Positions 49,855 through 58,571 of a DNA stretch of 64,000 bases are shown here, one piece after another (position 1 is the stretch's first letter; every line of letters begins with the position of its first letter). The DNA lies in assembly GCA_040217195.1 (NCBI GenBank), contig JAVJNR010000008.1, positions 224,001 to 288,000 of the forward strand. Direction: 5' to 3'. The DNA comes from Leptospiraceae bacterium. GTDB taxonomy: Bacteria > Spirochaetota > Leptospiria > Leptospirales > Leptonemataceae. The notes under the pieces were generated by a model that was not told where the DNA came from, searched no databases, and was given only the letters and a program-made list of their open reading frames with translations. A program made the translations under genes and the position numbers.

Positions 49855-52193
49855 ACGCCTGCCTCCGGTCGATTTCGAATCGTAGACTCTATTTTCTTGA
49901 GAAAGTCCATTTGTTCCCTGGTCTCGATAGCCCTTTGTGATCGGGCCAGTCTCACAGTTTCTACAGCCTCCTGCAGGTCCAGGCCCTTTTGCATCAAATA
50001 GGCAGCTACAACCAGACCGGATCGACCCAGACCGCCAACGCAGTGAATAAGCACTGGATGATCCTTCCCTCTCTGATCTTCCAGCCAGGCAAGTGCATCC
50101 AGCAGGCCTTCTGCTGACGGTGCATGTTGGTCCAGAATCGGAAATGCCAGGGAGTCCAGGCCCGCCTCTTTATAAGCGCTCATCAGGTGGGTAACGCCAT
50201 AGTACTCAAGTTCATCCGGAGTAACCAGACACATTACACCTTTGACATTTTCGTTCCGGATCGTCTCCAGGTCCTTTTTAAGATCCCGCAATCGATCCTT
50301 TCGTCCTGGAAGAATTGTAAGATAGACTGGCGGGCCTTCAGCTATGGTCACAGGATCCAGACGGAGTCTTTGCGCATTTTCAATAGAGTCTACAATCCGT
50401 TGTGTTAGAAGACCACTTGAATACAGAGCCCATTTTTTCTGCCAGGTGTTGCACTCATCAAAAGAAAGCGTATGCACTGCATATCTCAAGAAAGCCACAT
50501 GAAACTGATAGGGATCCCGATCCGAGCCAATTAAGTTCCGATAATGCTTTCGCAAAAGACAAATGGTTTTCCAGGCCTTTTTGAACTGAGGTCGCTTAAA
50601 TCGATGAGCCAGTTCCGGGTCCGGGGCCATGCCCAGATCCGGATGATTAATCTGCATATCTGCAAGTTCCAGGGCTTCCTTCAGATCCTCTTCAGATTCC
50701 ACCGGGGTCATTATGAAAAGCAGATCGTTTTCCAGTTTAATCAAATCCCGCAGAATATGTCCTCTATGGGTGTGAAAGAAATCTATGAGCCAGACATTAT
50801 CTCGACTGTCTAGAATGATGTTTCTTCCGTTTAGATCTCCGTGTAGAAAGGACTGGGCTCTGGAACCAGGATTTTCTCTTAGATGATTCAAGTCCTGCTC
50901 ATAGAATGTGGCAGGATTCTTTACCGTCTTGCCGGCTATGGTTACTGTATCGCCGGTTGCCTCCGGTTCTATGGCGAGTACCCGATTGCGCACTCCGGTA
51001 GCATATCGGGCAGAAAAATCATAGTATTCCAGTAGATTCAGCGTTTCCGGTTCGCCCGCTGCATACAGTCGACCCAGCTGCTTTTCAAAGATTGTATCCA
51101 GAACTTCTTCGAGCAATGCAGGTGGCTCCGCAGGAGATTCGGATTCCGCGGTGAAAAAATCCTGAAAGGTTCGCACATTTCCTTCCAGCATAGAGGCGTA
51201 GCGATAGAGAATGGCCCCCCGGTCTTCCAGTTCGCAAGAATCTACTATGGCCGGCGCACTGTTTCCCAGAACTTCCTGGATTCTCTCAAAGCTGGCCCGC
51301 TCTCTGGCTATCATATCCCGTGGACCGATTTTGGCCACCAGAGGTACCTGACTGTGGCCCATATGATCTGTGGCTCTTGCACCCAGCACCAGGTTGCCGG
51401 AGTAACCGCCATCCAGTACGGCCAGTTCCACTTCCTTGCTGTTTCGAAATAGATAGAGAAGTAATCTCTTATCTGTATCCGTGGCATTCGCCTGGCCCTT
51501 CCAGTGTAATCTGGATCCGTCGATTCTTGCATTTTCGCTTCGGATCAGATCTGGCGTTTTACCGGTGAGAAACTCTGCAAAGGAAGCCGGAGATGAAATT
51601 ACCTGAAGGCCCAGAATATTTCTGATTTGATCCAGAGCATAGAAATGCATGGAGCGAGAGGAGCTTGCGCAGAGCGCACTACATACAGCGATTTGAAACT
51701 GCGGATATCGAGTGGCCAGTTCATAGGCCAGGAAGTAGACCTTGGCTTCGGTCCAGACTCCCATTAGGCCCACTCGAACGTTTTCCTGGCCAAGATTATC
51801 CAGCACTGAAGCAATAGAAGTATCCTCGAAATCGTTCAGGCCAGTGGCATTTAGGATGTGATGTGGGCGATCATTCCTCATCCGGTCCTGGAAAACGAAT
51901 TCGGCCCCCGGAGTATTCTGAACACAATGACTTCCAAACTGATTTAGATGTATGGCCTGGGCCGGATCCTCTGGATCATGCCAGTCTCGAATATGAATGA
52001 TTTCCAGGGACTGCTGCGGTATCTGATAGGCCCAGTCAATCATCAGTCTCACCGGATCATCTTCCAGCTGGCCCAGAAGCAATCGCCGGGATTCCTCATA
52101 TCCAACGTGTAATTGATTGGGCAATGGATCGAAGCGGTCCAGGGGCTGAACAAAATCATTCTGCAGGCATTGAGTAATTAGCACACCTTTCAT
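49851..52193 (-). CDS. three-domain fusion: isochorismatase/nicotinamidase-like + APH-like phosphotransferase + CX5R dual-specificity phosphatase
   Basis: QNDF, RDWH and HCVQNTPGAEF; GGYSG, VAKIG, HGDLNGRNI and LIDF; HCVGGLGRSG; RBS GAGGT. Confidence 0.85.
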   Translation of the reverse strand: MKGVLITQCLQNDFVQPLDRFDPLPNQLHVGYEESRRLLLGQLEDDPVRLMIDWAYQIPQQSLEIIHIRDWHDPEDPAQAIHLNQFGSHCVQNTPGAEFVFQDRMRNDRPHHILNATGLNDFEDTSIASVLDNLGQENVRVGLMGVWTEAKVYFLAYELATRYPQFQIAVCSALCASSSRSMHFYALDQIRNILGLQVISSPASFAEFLTGKTPDLIRSENARIDGSRLHWKGQANATDTDKRLLLYLFRNSKEVELAVLDGGYSGNLVLGARATDHMGHSQVPLVAKIGPRDMIARERASFERIQEVLGNSAPAIVDSCELEDRGAILYRYASMLEGNVRTFQDFFTAESESPAEPPALLEEVLDTIFEKQLGRLYAAGEPETLNLLEYYDFSARYATGVRNRVLAIEPEATGDTVTIAGKTVKNPATFYEQDLNHLRENPGSRAQSFLHGDLNGRNIILDSRDNVWLIDFFHTHRGHILRDLIKLENDLLFIMTPVESEEDLKEALELADMQINHPDLGMAPDPELAHRFKRPQFKKAWKTICLLRKHYRNLIGSDRDPYQFHVAFLRYAVHTLSFDECNTWQKKWALYSSGLLTQRIVDSIENAQRLRLDPVTIAEGPPVYLTILPGRKDRLRDLKKDLETIRNENVKGVMCLVTPDELEYYGVTHLMSAYKEAGLDSLAFPILDQHAPSAEGLLDALAWLEDQRGKDHPVLIHCVGGLGRSGLVVAAYLMQKGLDLQEAVETVRLARSQRAIETREQMDFLKKIESTIRNRPEAGV

Positions 52194-52447
52194 GAAACTA
52201 CCTCAATTCAATCATAGATCTCTAACGGAGCCTGGCTTTCAGAGTAAACATCCCGGGAACCCGTATGAACTGTTGCTTCTCGTATCTCTAGACACGGCAA
52301 TAGCCCGGGTACCGGGTATTTAATCGCTCCAGCCCGAGCATCCTGTATTACAGCGCTCTAACAAACGTTAGCCAGTTCAGCCCCTGGATTGCCAACCCAG
52401 TCAGCCTTATATCCGGTCTCATTTCTCGCCTTCGAGGAATCGGAACT

Positions 52448-53866
52448 CTAGTAAACATCCACGCTTTTGAAGCTGGATATCTCTCCCAGACGCCTGCGGC
52501 TAATCTTTTCAGTGACAGTTAAGCCTTCAAAGATGAATTCCATGCCTACTGCAAGCATCTGATCATCCCGGTCCCATTTCTTATCTCTAAGAAGGTCAAA
52601 CAGTGCAGGTACGTTTTCCAGAAGCCCTCTGTAAGCACTGGCAGGCATGGAATCGCTAATTTCCACCTGTCCGGCAGCATAGATTTGTTTCGTTATGGCT
52701 TCAAAGGTAGAATCGTATTGCGCAGGTGGAAAGCTCTCAAGAAAGATCTCTTTAATGGCAAGATCCACTATTCGCATAATTATCTGGTATTCGGTCACAG
52801 CTTCATCGCGATAGGGATCCAGCTCAATCTTTCCGGAACTGGATGCGAAGAGGTTTCCCAGATCTGTTGGTCTCACTACTCCCCGGGATTCCTTCAGGAG
52901 TAATGCTCTTCTCCGTGCGGATGCAACGCAGGTTTCATAGTTTGCTATGCTTAAACGAGCGCTCACCCCGGATTTTTGATTCACCATGGGATGGTGCCTG
53001 GCCTGGGATGTGATTTCTTCTACAATGTATTCCATGAATTCTGGAAAAAGCACCGGAGGTTCAATGTCTGGATTACCCGCTTCCTGCCTGGTAATCTCCA
53101 GTCCTACAGAACGAGTCTTGGGATAATGGGTTCGAATTTCAGCACCGATTCTGTCTTTCAGCTGAGTAATAATCTTACCGGATCGCGAATAATCCGCCGG
53201 GTTGGCAGTGAAGCATACAAATACATCAAGAGGGATGCGCAGGGGCAATCCACGAATCTGAATATCCTCTTCTTCCAGAATATTGAACATGGCAACCTGA
53301 ACCAGATAATCCAGGTCCGGCAGCTCATTGATGGCAAAGATTCCATGATTCATCCTGGGCAGTAGACCAAAATGTAGCGCTTCTTCCGCGCCCATGGATT
53401 TGCCTTCCATCACCTTCGCAGGGTCCAGGTCACCGATTATGTCTGCAATTCTAGATCCTGGAGCCAGTCGTTCGCCGTATCGCTCCTCTCTAGAGATCCA
53501 GTGAATGGGAGTATCATCTCCATGTTCGGCAATTAGATCCTTTCCTTTGCGAGTAATGGGCCTGAAGGGGCTTTCTGGTATTTCGGTACCCGCTATGGCC
53601 GGGAAGTAATCGTCCAGTAGATGATTCAGGTTTCGCATGATCCTGGACTTCGCCTGTCCTTTTTCGCCCAGAATCGCAATGTTATGGCCGGCCAGAATAG
53701 CATGGTACAGCTGCGGCATTACCGTGTCTTCGTAGCCATGGATTCCCGGAATTACCGGATCGCCGGATGTTAAGATCCGTCCAAGGTTGCCTGCCATTTC
53801 GGCTTTGATAGGGCGGAATTTGTAGTCAGTAGATTTGAGTTGTCCGAAGGTTTGTATATCTTTCAT
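52448..53866 (-). CDS. AAA+ ATPase of the Mg-chelatase/MoxR-related (Rv0958-like) group
   Basis: GEKGQAKSR, ADIIGDLDP.K, FAINELPDL, TANPADY..GKIITQLKDR.G.EIRTHYP and SGVSAR. Confidence 0.85.
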   Translation of the reverse strand: MKDIQTFGQLKSTDYKFRPIKAEMAGNLGRILTSGDPVIPGIHGYEDTVMPQLYHAILAGHNIAILGEKGQAKSRIMRNLNHLLDDYFPAIAGTEIPESPFRPITRKGKDLIAEHGDDTPIHWISREERYGERLAPGSRIADIIGDLDPAKVMEGKSMGAEEALHFGLLPRMNHGIFAINELPDLDYLVQVAMFNILEEEDIQIRGLPLRIPLDVFVCFTANPADYSRSGKIITQLKDRIGAEIRTHYPKTRSVGLEITRQEAGNPDIEPPVLFPEFMEYIVEEITSQARHHPMVNQKSGVSARLSIANYETCVASARRRALLLKESRGVVRPTDLGNLFASSSGKIELDPYRDEAVTEYQIIMRIVDLAIKEIFLESFPPAQYDSTFEAITKQIYAAGQVEISDSMPASAYRGLLENVPALFDLLRDKKWDRDDQMLAVGMEFIFEGLTVTEKISRRRLGEISSFKSVDVY

Positions 53867-53904
53867 GCCTGTTTCTACAAGAAGGGGGAGAAGAGCCCTA
53901 TCGG

Positions 53905-55830
53905 CTATTCATGTATGCTTTCCTGAACACGAAACCATCGTGCAGGAAGAAATGGAAATATATGCAGGAGAATGTCGGATGGGTGTAAAACGATTCTTTC
54001 GCGATTGTATTCTACCTGCAGATCTGCATGTCTGGAAATGGCATACTTTAATCTCTCTATAGAATTGCCAAAGTACAGATTCAATATGGGACCGATTCCA
54101 CGAACCATTAATGGTATAAGATGCACTCGATCTGGCTTTTCCTTTCGTATGAATTGATTGATTGCTGTTATGGTATCCATATCCGGTGGTACAGGTACAT
54201 TCAGAAACCATTCCGGCATTTCATTGGGTTCATCCTGTCCTGGATCGCTCTGAAAATGCACAACAAGGGGCATCTGCCCACTACGGACAAAGTTGCGCAG
54301 AAAATGTACAACCCCCGGATGGAATTTAGAAACCAGTACTATATGCTTTCGATTCACCGGATGGTTTTGAAAGGCTGGATACCATAGTCCCAGCTCCAGA
54401 GGAACTACTTTGAGTTTCTCCTCCCAGATTTCGTAGATGGCCTCCGAGATTTGAAATACAATGAAGTAGAGAAGCATTAGTACGACAATGAACCAGGCGC
54501 CTTCAAAGAACTTATTATAGGTGATGTTCCAGAACATGGCATGCATGGCCAGTAGAGCAACGATTGTTAGAAGCGAGAATTTCCTGGTTCGCACCTGCCT
54601 CAGAAAGTAGCTGGTCAAATCAATGTTCATCGCCGCTACCACTGCCAGACCGTACATACCTTCGATGGCATGGCTGGACGGAAAAAGCCACAGAATAATA
54701 GCACTAAGGACTCCAAGAATGATTGTGGCCCGTGGATTATAAACCCCTTCATGCCCGCCCAGCAGGAAGGCTGGCCTGGTTCTTTTCCAGGCCATATCGC
54801 CCACTCCTCGAGGAAAGAAGCGGCTACGGGCCGCTCGAAGCATTTCCAGAGGAAAATCGGTTTGAGCCGTTTGCGCTGCCAGCAGCAACATGATGGCTGT
54901 AATGACTCCAAAACCCTTGGCCAGATATTCACCGCCCAGATGAGCGGCGATGGCGATGGGAACCGGTATGGCCCTGTCATAGACAATACCCAGACCCATG
55001 AAATTGAACAGCTGCATAAAATAGGTGCTCAGCACCAGACCAAATAGAATCCACATGGCCAGACGTATGGCCTTGCCTTTGTGGTAGGGAATATTCACTG
55101 ATGAATAACCCACCTCCACACCGGTCATAAGAGTGGCACCGTTGGCCACCGATGCCAGGACAATGGGAATCATACTTTCCATTCCCGTGGCTTTGATCTC
55201 ACTCGAGATTACCGGCGGATGCCAGCCGTTCTGCAATATTTGAATAATACCGTAACTGTTGATCAACAGATTGGAGGCGTAGAAGGCCAGTACAGGCCAG
55301 ATCATAAAGCGAGAAATGTTACCCAGACCATATCGCTGAATCAAAGAGAGTAGAACAACCAGAACCAGAGCCCATTGAAGACGATTCATGTCTGGATTGA
55401 TAAAATGCAGCGCCTCTACACCGGCAATCAAGCTAATGGCCTGGGTAGCCGGGAAATCTGCCAGCAAACTGGCCGTCCCCAGTTTGCCCATGTTATGAAT
55501 GAAGGCCTTGAGTCTGGGATGTCTGCGAATGTGCTGGGATGTGATAAGCGAAGAGACGAAGGCACCGCCTCCCAGCACAGGATGGGTATGATGACGAATC
55601 ATACTGTTGTAGGCAAGTACTGCGATTAAATAAACGCTCATTACAATGCCGCCCGCAGTGAGGGTTGCTGTCATACCCGCCTCAAAGCTGGTTGCAAAGA
55701 GCACTATTGTGACTGCGATAACGGCATCGGCACCGTAAGCGAGAGATGAGCCCGGATCAGTCAGGATGGTAGCAAATATGATTCGAATGTCGCTGAGGAG
55801 GGATGGCGGTTTATCTGAGGAGTGTTCCAT
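53905..55830 (-). CDS. APC-superfamily permease, KimA/KUP-like potassium transporter
   Basis: About 12 TM helices; TDPGSSLAYG, SLLADF, MTGVE and GMYG match the KimA pattern; soluble C-terminal domain. Confidence 0.7.
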   Translation of the reverse strand: MEHSSDKPPSLLSDIRIIFATILTDPGSSLAYGADAVIAVTIVLFATSFEAGMTATLTAGGIVMSVYLIAVLAYNSMIRHHTHPVLGGGAFVSSLITSQHIRRHPRLKAFIHNMGKLGTASLLADFPATQAISLIAGVEALHFINPDMNRLQWALVLVVLLSLIQRYGLGNISRFMIWPVLAFYASNLLINSYGIIQILQNGWHPPVISSEIKATGMESMIPIVLASVANGATLMTGVEVGYSSVNIPYHKGKAIRLAMWILFGLVLSTYFMQLFNFMGLGIVYDRAIPVPIAIAAHLGGEYLAKGFGVITAIMLLLAAQTAQTDFPLEMLRAARSRFFPRGVGDMAWKRTRPAFLLGGHEGVYNPRATIILGVLSAIILWLFPSSHAIEGMYGLAVVAAMNIDLTSYFLRQVRTRKFSLLTIVALLAMHAMFWNITYNKFFEGAWFIVVLMLLYFIVFQISEAIYEIWEEKLKVVPLELGLWYPAFQNHPVNRKHIVLVSKFHPGVVHFLRNFVRSGQMPLVVHFQSDPGQDEPNEMPEWFLNVPVPPDMDTITAINQFIRKEKPDRVHLIPLMVRGIGPILNLYFGNSIERLKYAISRHADLQVEYNRERIVLHPSDILLHIFPFLPARWFRVQESIHE

Positions 55831-55894
55831 ATTCTATATATATAATGGACCCGAGCAACCAGGTTCAGGGGATTGACGGCAACGGGATTAGTCT

Positions 55895-56158
55895 CTACTC
55901 CTTCATCCAATGGCGGACCATAGAAGCAACCTTTTTGGGATTATCCCTCGCTAGATTTCTAACTCCATCCAGCATTTCATCTCTGTCCCGATTATCCACC
56001 CTGGCCGAAGAGCCTTCAGTCGTCGAAGGCAGGTTGGTTGCATTCTTGTTCTCTACAGGTTTTCTGGGCTCGGTCTTATGAGACCTGCTCAGAAGGGGGA
56101 GAAATACAATCAAACCTGCGACGAACAGTACAATGGCAGATATCCAGAGCCAATCCAC
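55895..56158 (-). CDS. small single-TM protein ending in a FliF C-terminal (FliG-binding)-like motif
   Basis: TM WLWISAIVLFVAGLIVFLPLL, polar linker and C-terminal VRNLARDNPKKVASMVRHWMKE. Confidence 0.7.
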   Translation of the reverse strand: MDWLWISAIVLFVAGLIVFLPLLSRSHKTEPRKPVENKNATNLPSTTEGSSARVDNRDRDEMLDGVRNLARDNPKKVASMVRHWMKE

Positions 56159-56236
56159 ACAGAAAGGGTGGCATCCACAGAACTCCGGTCAATTCATATT
56201 TCCATTGACTGCTGGAGCCGCCACAGGCCTCAGTCA

Positions 56237-56533
56237 ATGGTGATCTCAGAATCGGAATTCAATGACTTATGTAAACTGGCGCGGCTGGATCCAGAGGATG
56301 AAAGCCTGAAAAACCTGATGTCGGACTTTAATCGCATACTGGAATCCGTGAATCAAATTAACGAGATTGAGGTTACCGACGATGCTGCCGGTCATTCTGA
56401 ACTGGATACTCGTGATATGACCAGGCCAGATGAACCTGTGGAGCCTCTGACTACCGATACCATCTCTGGAATTGCGCCAGATTTTCAATCAGGACACTTT
56501 GTAGTACCTGGAGTGATAGAATCCGAAGGTTAA
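56237..56533 (+). CDS. gatC: Asp-tRNA(Asn)/Glu-tRNA(Gln) amidotransferase subunit C
   Basis: LCKLARL...FNRIL..VNQINEI...TRPD...AP.....HFVVPGVIE; upstream of gatA; ATG at 56237. Confidence 0.9.
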   Translation: MVISESEFNDLCKLARLDPEDESLKNLMSDFNRILESVNQINEIEVTDDAAGHSELDTRDMTRPDEPVEPLTTDTISGIAPDFQSGHFVVPGVIESEG

Positions 56534-56607
56534 GAACCTCCGCGAATCGTGCTTAAATCCTGTAACCCTACGTTTCTGGCAACAACGCAATAGATAAGAG
56601 TAATACC

Positions 56608-58083
56608 ATGATCGATAAAACCGCTACTCAGCATTCTGCAGCCCTGGAATCAGGCGAATACACCTCCCAGGAACTTACCAGAAGTTACCTGGACCGGGCA
56701 GGTATTTGTAAACCTCTGGAGATGTTCAATGACCTGGATGAATCCAGGATTCTCGATCAGGCGAAAGAATCAGATAAGCGCCGGAAAGCCGGGAAAGCAC
56801 TTTCTGCCCTGGATGGAATTCCGGTAGCAATCAAAGATAACATATGCGATATAAACGAGAAGACTACCTGTAGCTCGAATTTTCTAAAAGATTATCGATC
56901 TCCTTACGATGCAACAGTCATAGAAAAACTCAAGCAAGCAGGAGCCATACTGTACGGTAGAACTAACCTGGATGAGTTCGCCATGGGCTCTTCCACAGAG
57001 AATTCTGCATTTCGCACCACACTGAATCCTTTTGATCCGGGTCGAGTTCCTGGAGGGTCATCCGGAGGGTCGGCCGCTGCCGTTGGTTCATTGAGCGCCC
57101 CACTGGCTCTGGGAAGCGATACTGGAGGTTCCATTCGACAGCCGGCCTCGTTTTGCGGTATTGTCGGAATGAAGCCTACGTACGGAAAAGTCTCCAGATA
57201 TGGTCTTGTGGCCTTTGCATCCAGCCTGGATCAAATCGGCCCCATGGCTCTCAGCGTGGAAGATTCTGCATTATTGCTTTCTGTCATCGAAGGAAAGGAC
57301 AGCCGGGACTCTACATCTCATCCTTTTTCCGAGAAGTATCCCACATCGCCTGCTGTAAAACCAATGACGAAAAAGTCCCTGAGTGGAAAAAAAGTAGGGG
57401 TACTATTCCCGGATTCTAAGGCTGAAGGTTTCGATGAATCCATTCGGAAGGCATGCACAGATATGCGAAACTGGCTGGAAAAGCAAGGCTGCGAAGTAAA
57501 AGAAATACAGAGCAAACTCTGGCAATATGTAATTCCCATCTACTATATCCTGGCCACTGCAGAAGCCTCCAGCAACCTGTCCAGGTTTGATGGAATTCGG
57601 TACGGAACCAGAAGTCCTCAGGCAAACCTCCAGGATCTTTATGTGCGAAGTCGTACGGAAGGATTCGGGCCAGAAGTGAAGCGTCGAATTTTGCTGGGTA
57701 CGTTTGTCCTTTCCTCTGGATATTTCGATGCATATTACAATTCAGCTCAGAAAGCCCGAAAGATGGTAAGAGCGGAGTATCTGGATTTCTTTAAAGACCT
57801 GGATTTCATTGTTCAGCCAACCAGCCCAACCACTGCATTCAAAGTAGGCGAACGATCCGAAAATCCCATCGCCATGTATCAAAGCGATCTAATGACTATT
57901 TCCGTAAACCTGGGCGGCGTCCCGGCCCTCAGCTTGCCCCTTGGTCTGGATGAGGACGGATTACCTGTGGGGATGCAGATCACGGCTCCTCACTTTGAAG
58001 AGGACAAACTTTTTCAATTTGCTGCGGCGGTAGAGAAAGACTTCTCACTGGATCGCTCCAGCCTGGCAAAGAAAACATATTGA
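56608..58083 (+). CDS. gatA: Asp-tRNA(Asn)/Glu-tRNA(Gln) amidotransferase subunit A
   Basis: IKDN, DEFAMGSSTENS, GGSSGGSAAAV, GSDTGGSIRQPA and EVKRRILLGTFVLS. Confidence 0.97.
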   Translation: MIDKTATQHSAALESGEYTSQELTRSYLDRAGICKPLEMFNDLDESRILDQAKESDKRRKAGKALSALDGIPVAIKDNICDINEKTTCSSNFLKDYRSPYDATVIEKLKQAGAILYGRTNLDEFAMGSSTENSAFRTTLNPFDPGRVPGGSSGGSAAAVGSLSAPLALGSDTGGSIRQPASFCGIVGMKPTYGKVSRYGLVAFASSLDQIGPMALSVEDSALLLSVIEGKDSRDSTSHPFSEKYPTSPAVKPMTKKSLSGKKVGVLFPDSKAEGFDESIRKACTDMRNWLEKQGCEVKEIQSKLWQYVIPIYYILATAEASSNLSRFDGIRYGTRSPQANLQDLYVRSRTEGFGPEVKRRILLGTFVLSSGYFDAYYNSAQKARKMVRAEYLDFFKDLDFIVQPTSPTTAFKVGERSENPIAMYQSDLMTISVNLGGVPALSLPLGLDEDGLPVGMQITAPHFEEDKLFQFAAAVEKDFSLDRSSLAKKTY

Positions 58084-58090
58084 TTTGATG

Positions 58091-58561
58091 TCAGGGAAGT
58101 ATCTGAAGCACTTTCCAGCCGGTTCCCTGAAGGATGGGACTTCCGTCGGGATTAGTGGGATAGCTGCTATCTGGATGCGGTAGACTGCCCGGTGCCTTTT
58201 CTACAGTAATTGTTACAAATACATGATTGAATTTTAGAAGCTGTTCTCTGGAAACATTTTCGGAGGGCTGCAAGACAATTCGATCATCCGAAAATGGCAG
58301 ACCGGAATTGTGAAAATGGGGATCATGCAAATAGAACTCTGCACCCTGATACGCCTCAACACTTCGCGGGGCCGGTTCCTTTCGAATTATCATTCCGTAC
58401 AGAGTATGAACGCCTTCTCTGGCTTCATGCTTTTTCAAAGCGGAAATTGGTTTTGTAGATTCGCCGGAACCAGATTGACAGGCCACAGTAGCCAGAAGTA
58501 GCAGGCCGGGCAGTGCCTTTCTAAATAATTGGTGTAAAAAAGCTGTATGGTGTGGTTTCAT
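58091..58561 (-). CDS. hypothetical lipoprotein
   Basis: Lipobox LATVAC; co-oriented immediately downstream of tyrS. Confidence 0.6.
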   Translation of the reverse strand: MKPHHTAFLHQLFRKALPGLLLLATVACQSGSGESTKPISALKKHEAREGVHTLYGMIIRKEPAPRSVEAYQGAEFYLHDPHFHNSGLPFSDDRIVLQPSENVSREQLLKFNHVFVTITVEKAPGSLPHPDSSYPTNPDGSPILQGTGWKVLQILP

Positions 58562-58571
58562 GTTCGAATCC

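Noticed and set aside
56237..58083. gatC-gatA without gatB
   Set aside because: A separately located gatB is common, so this is not evidence of loss
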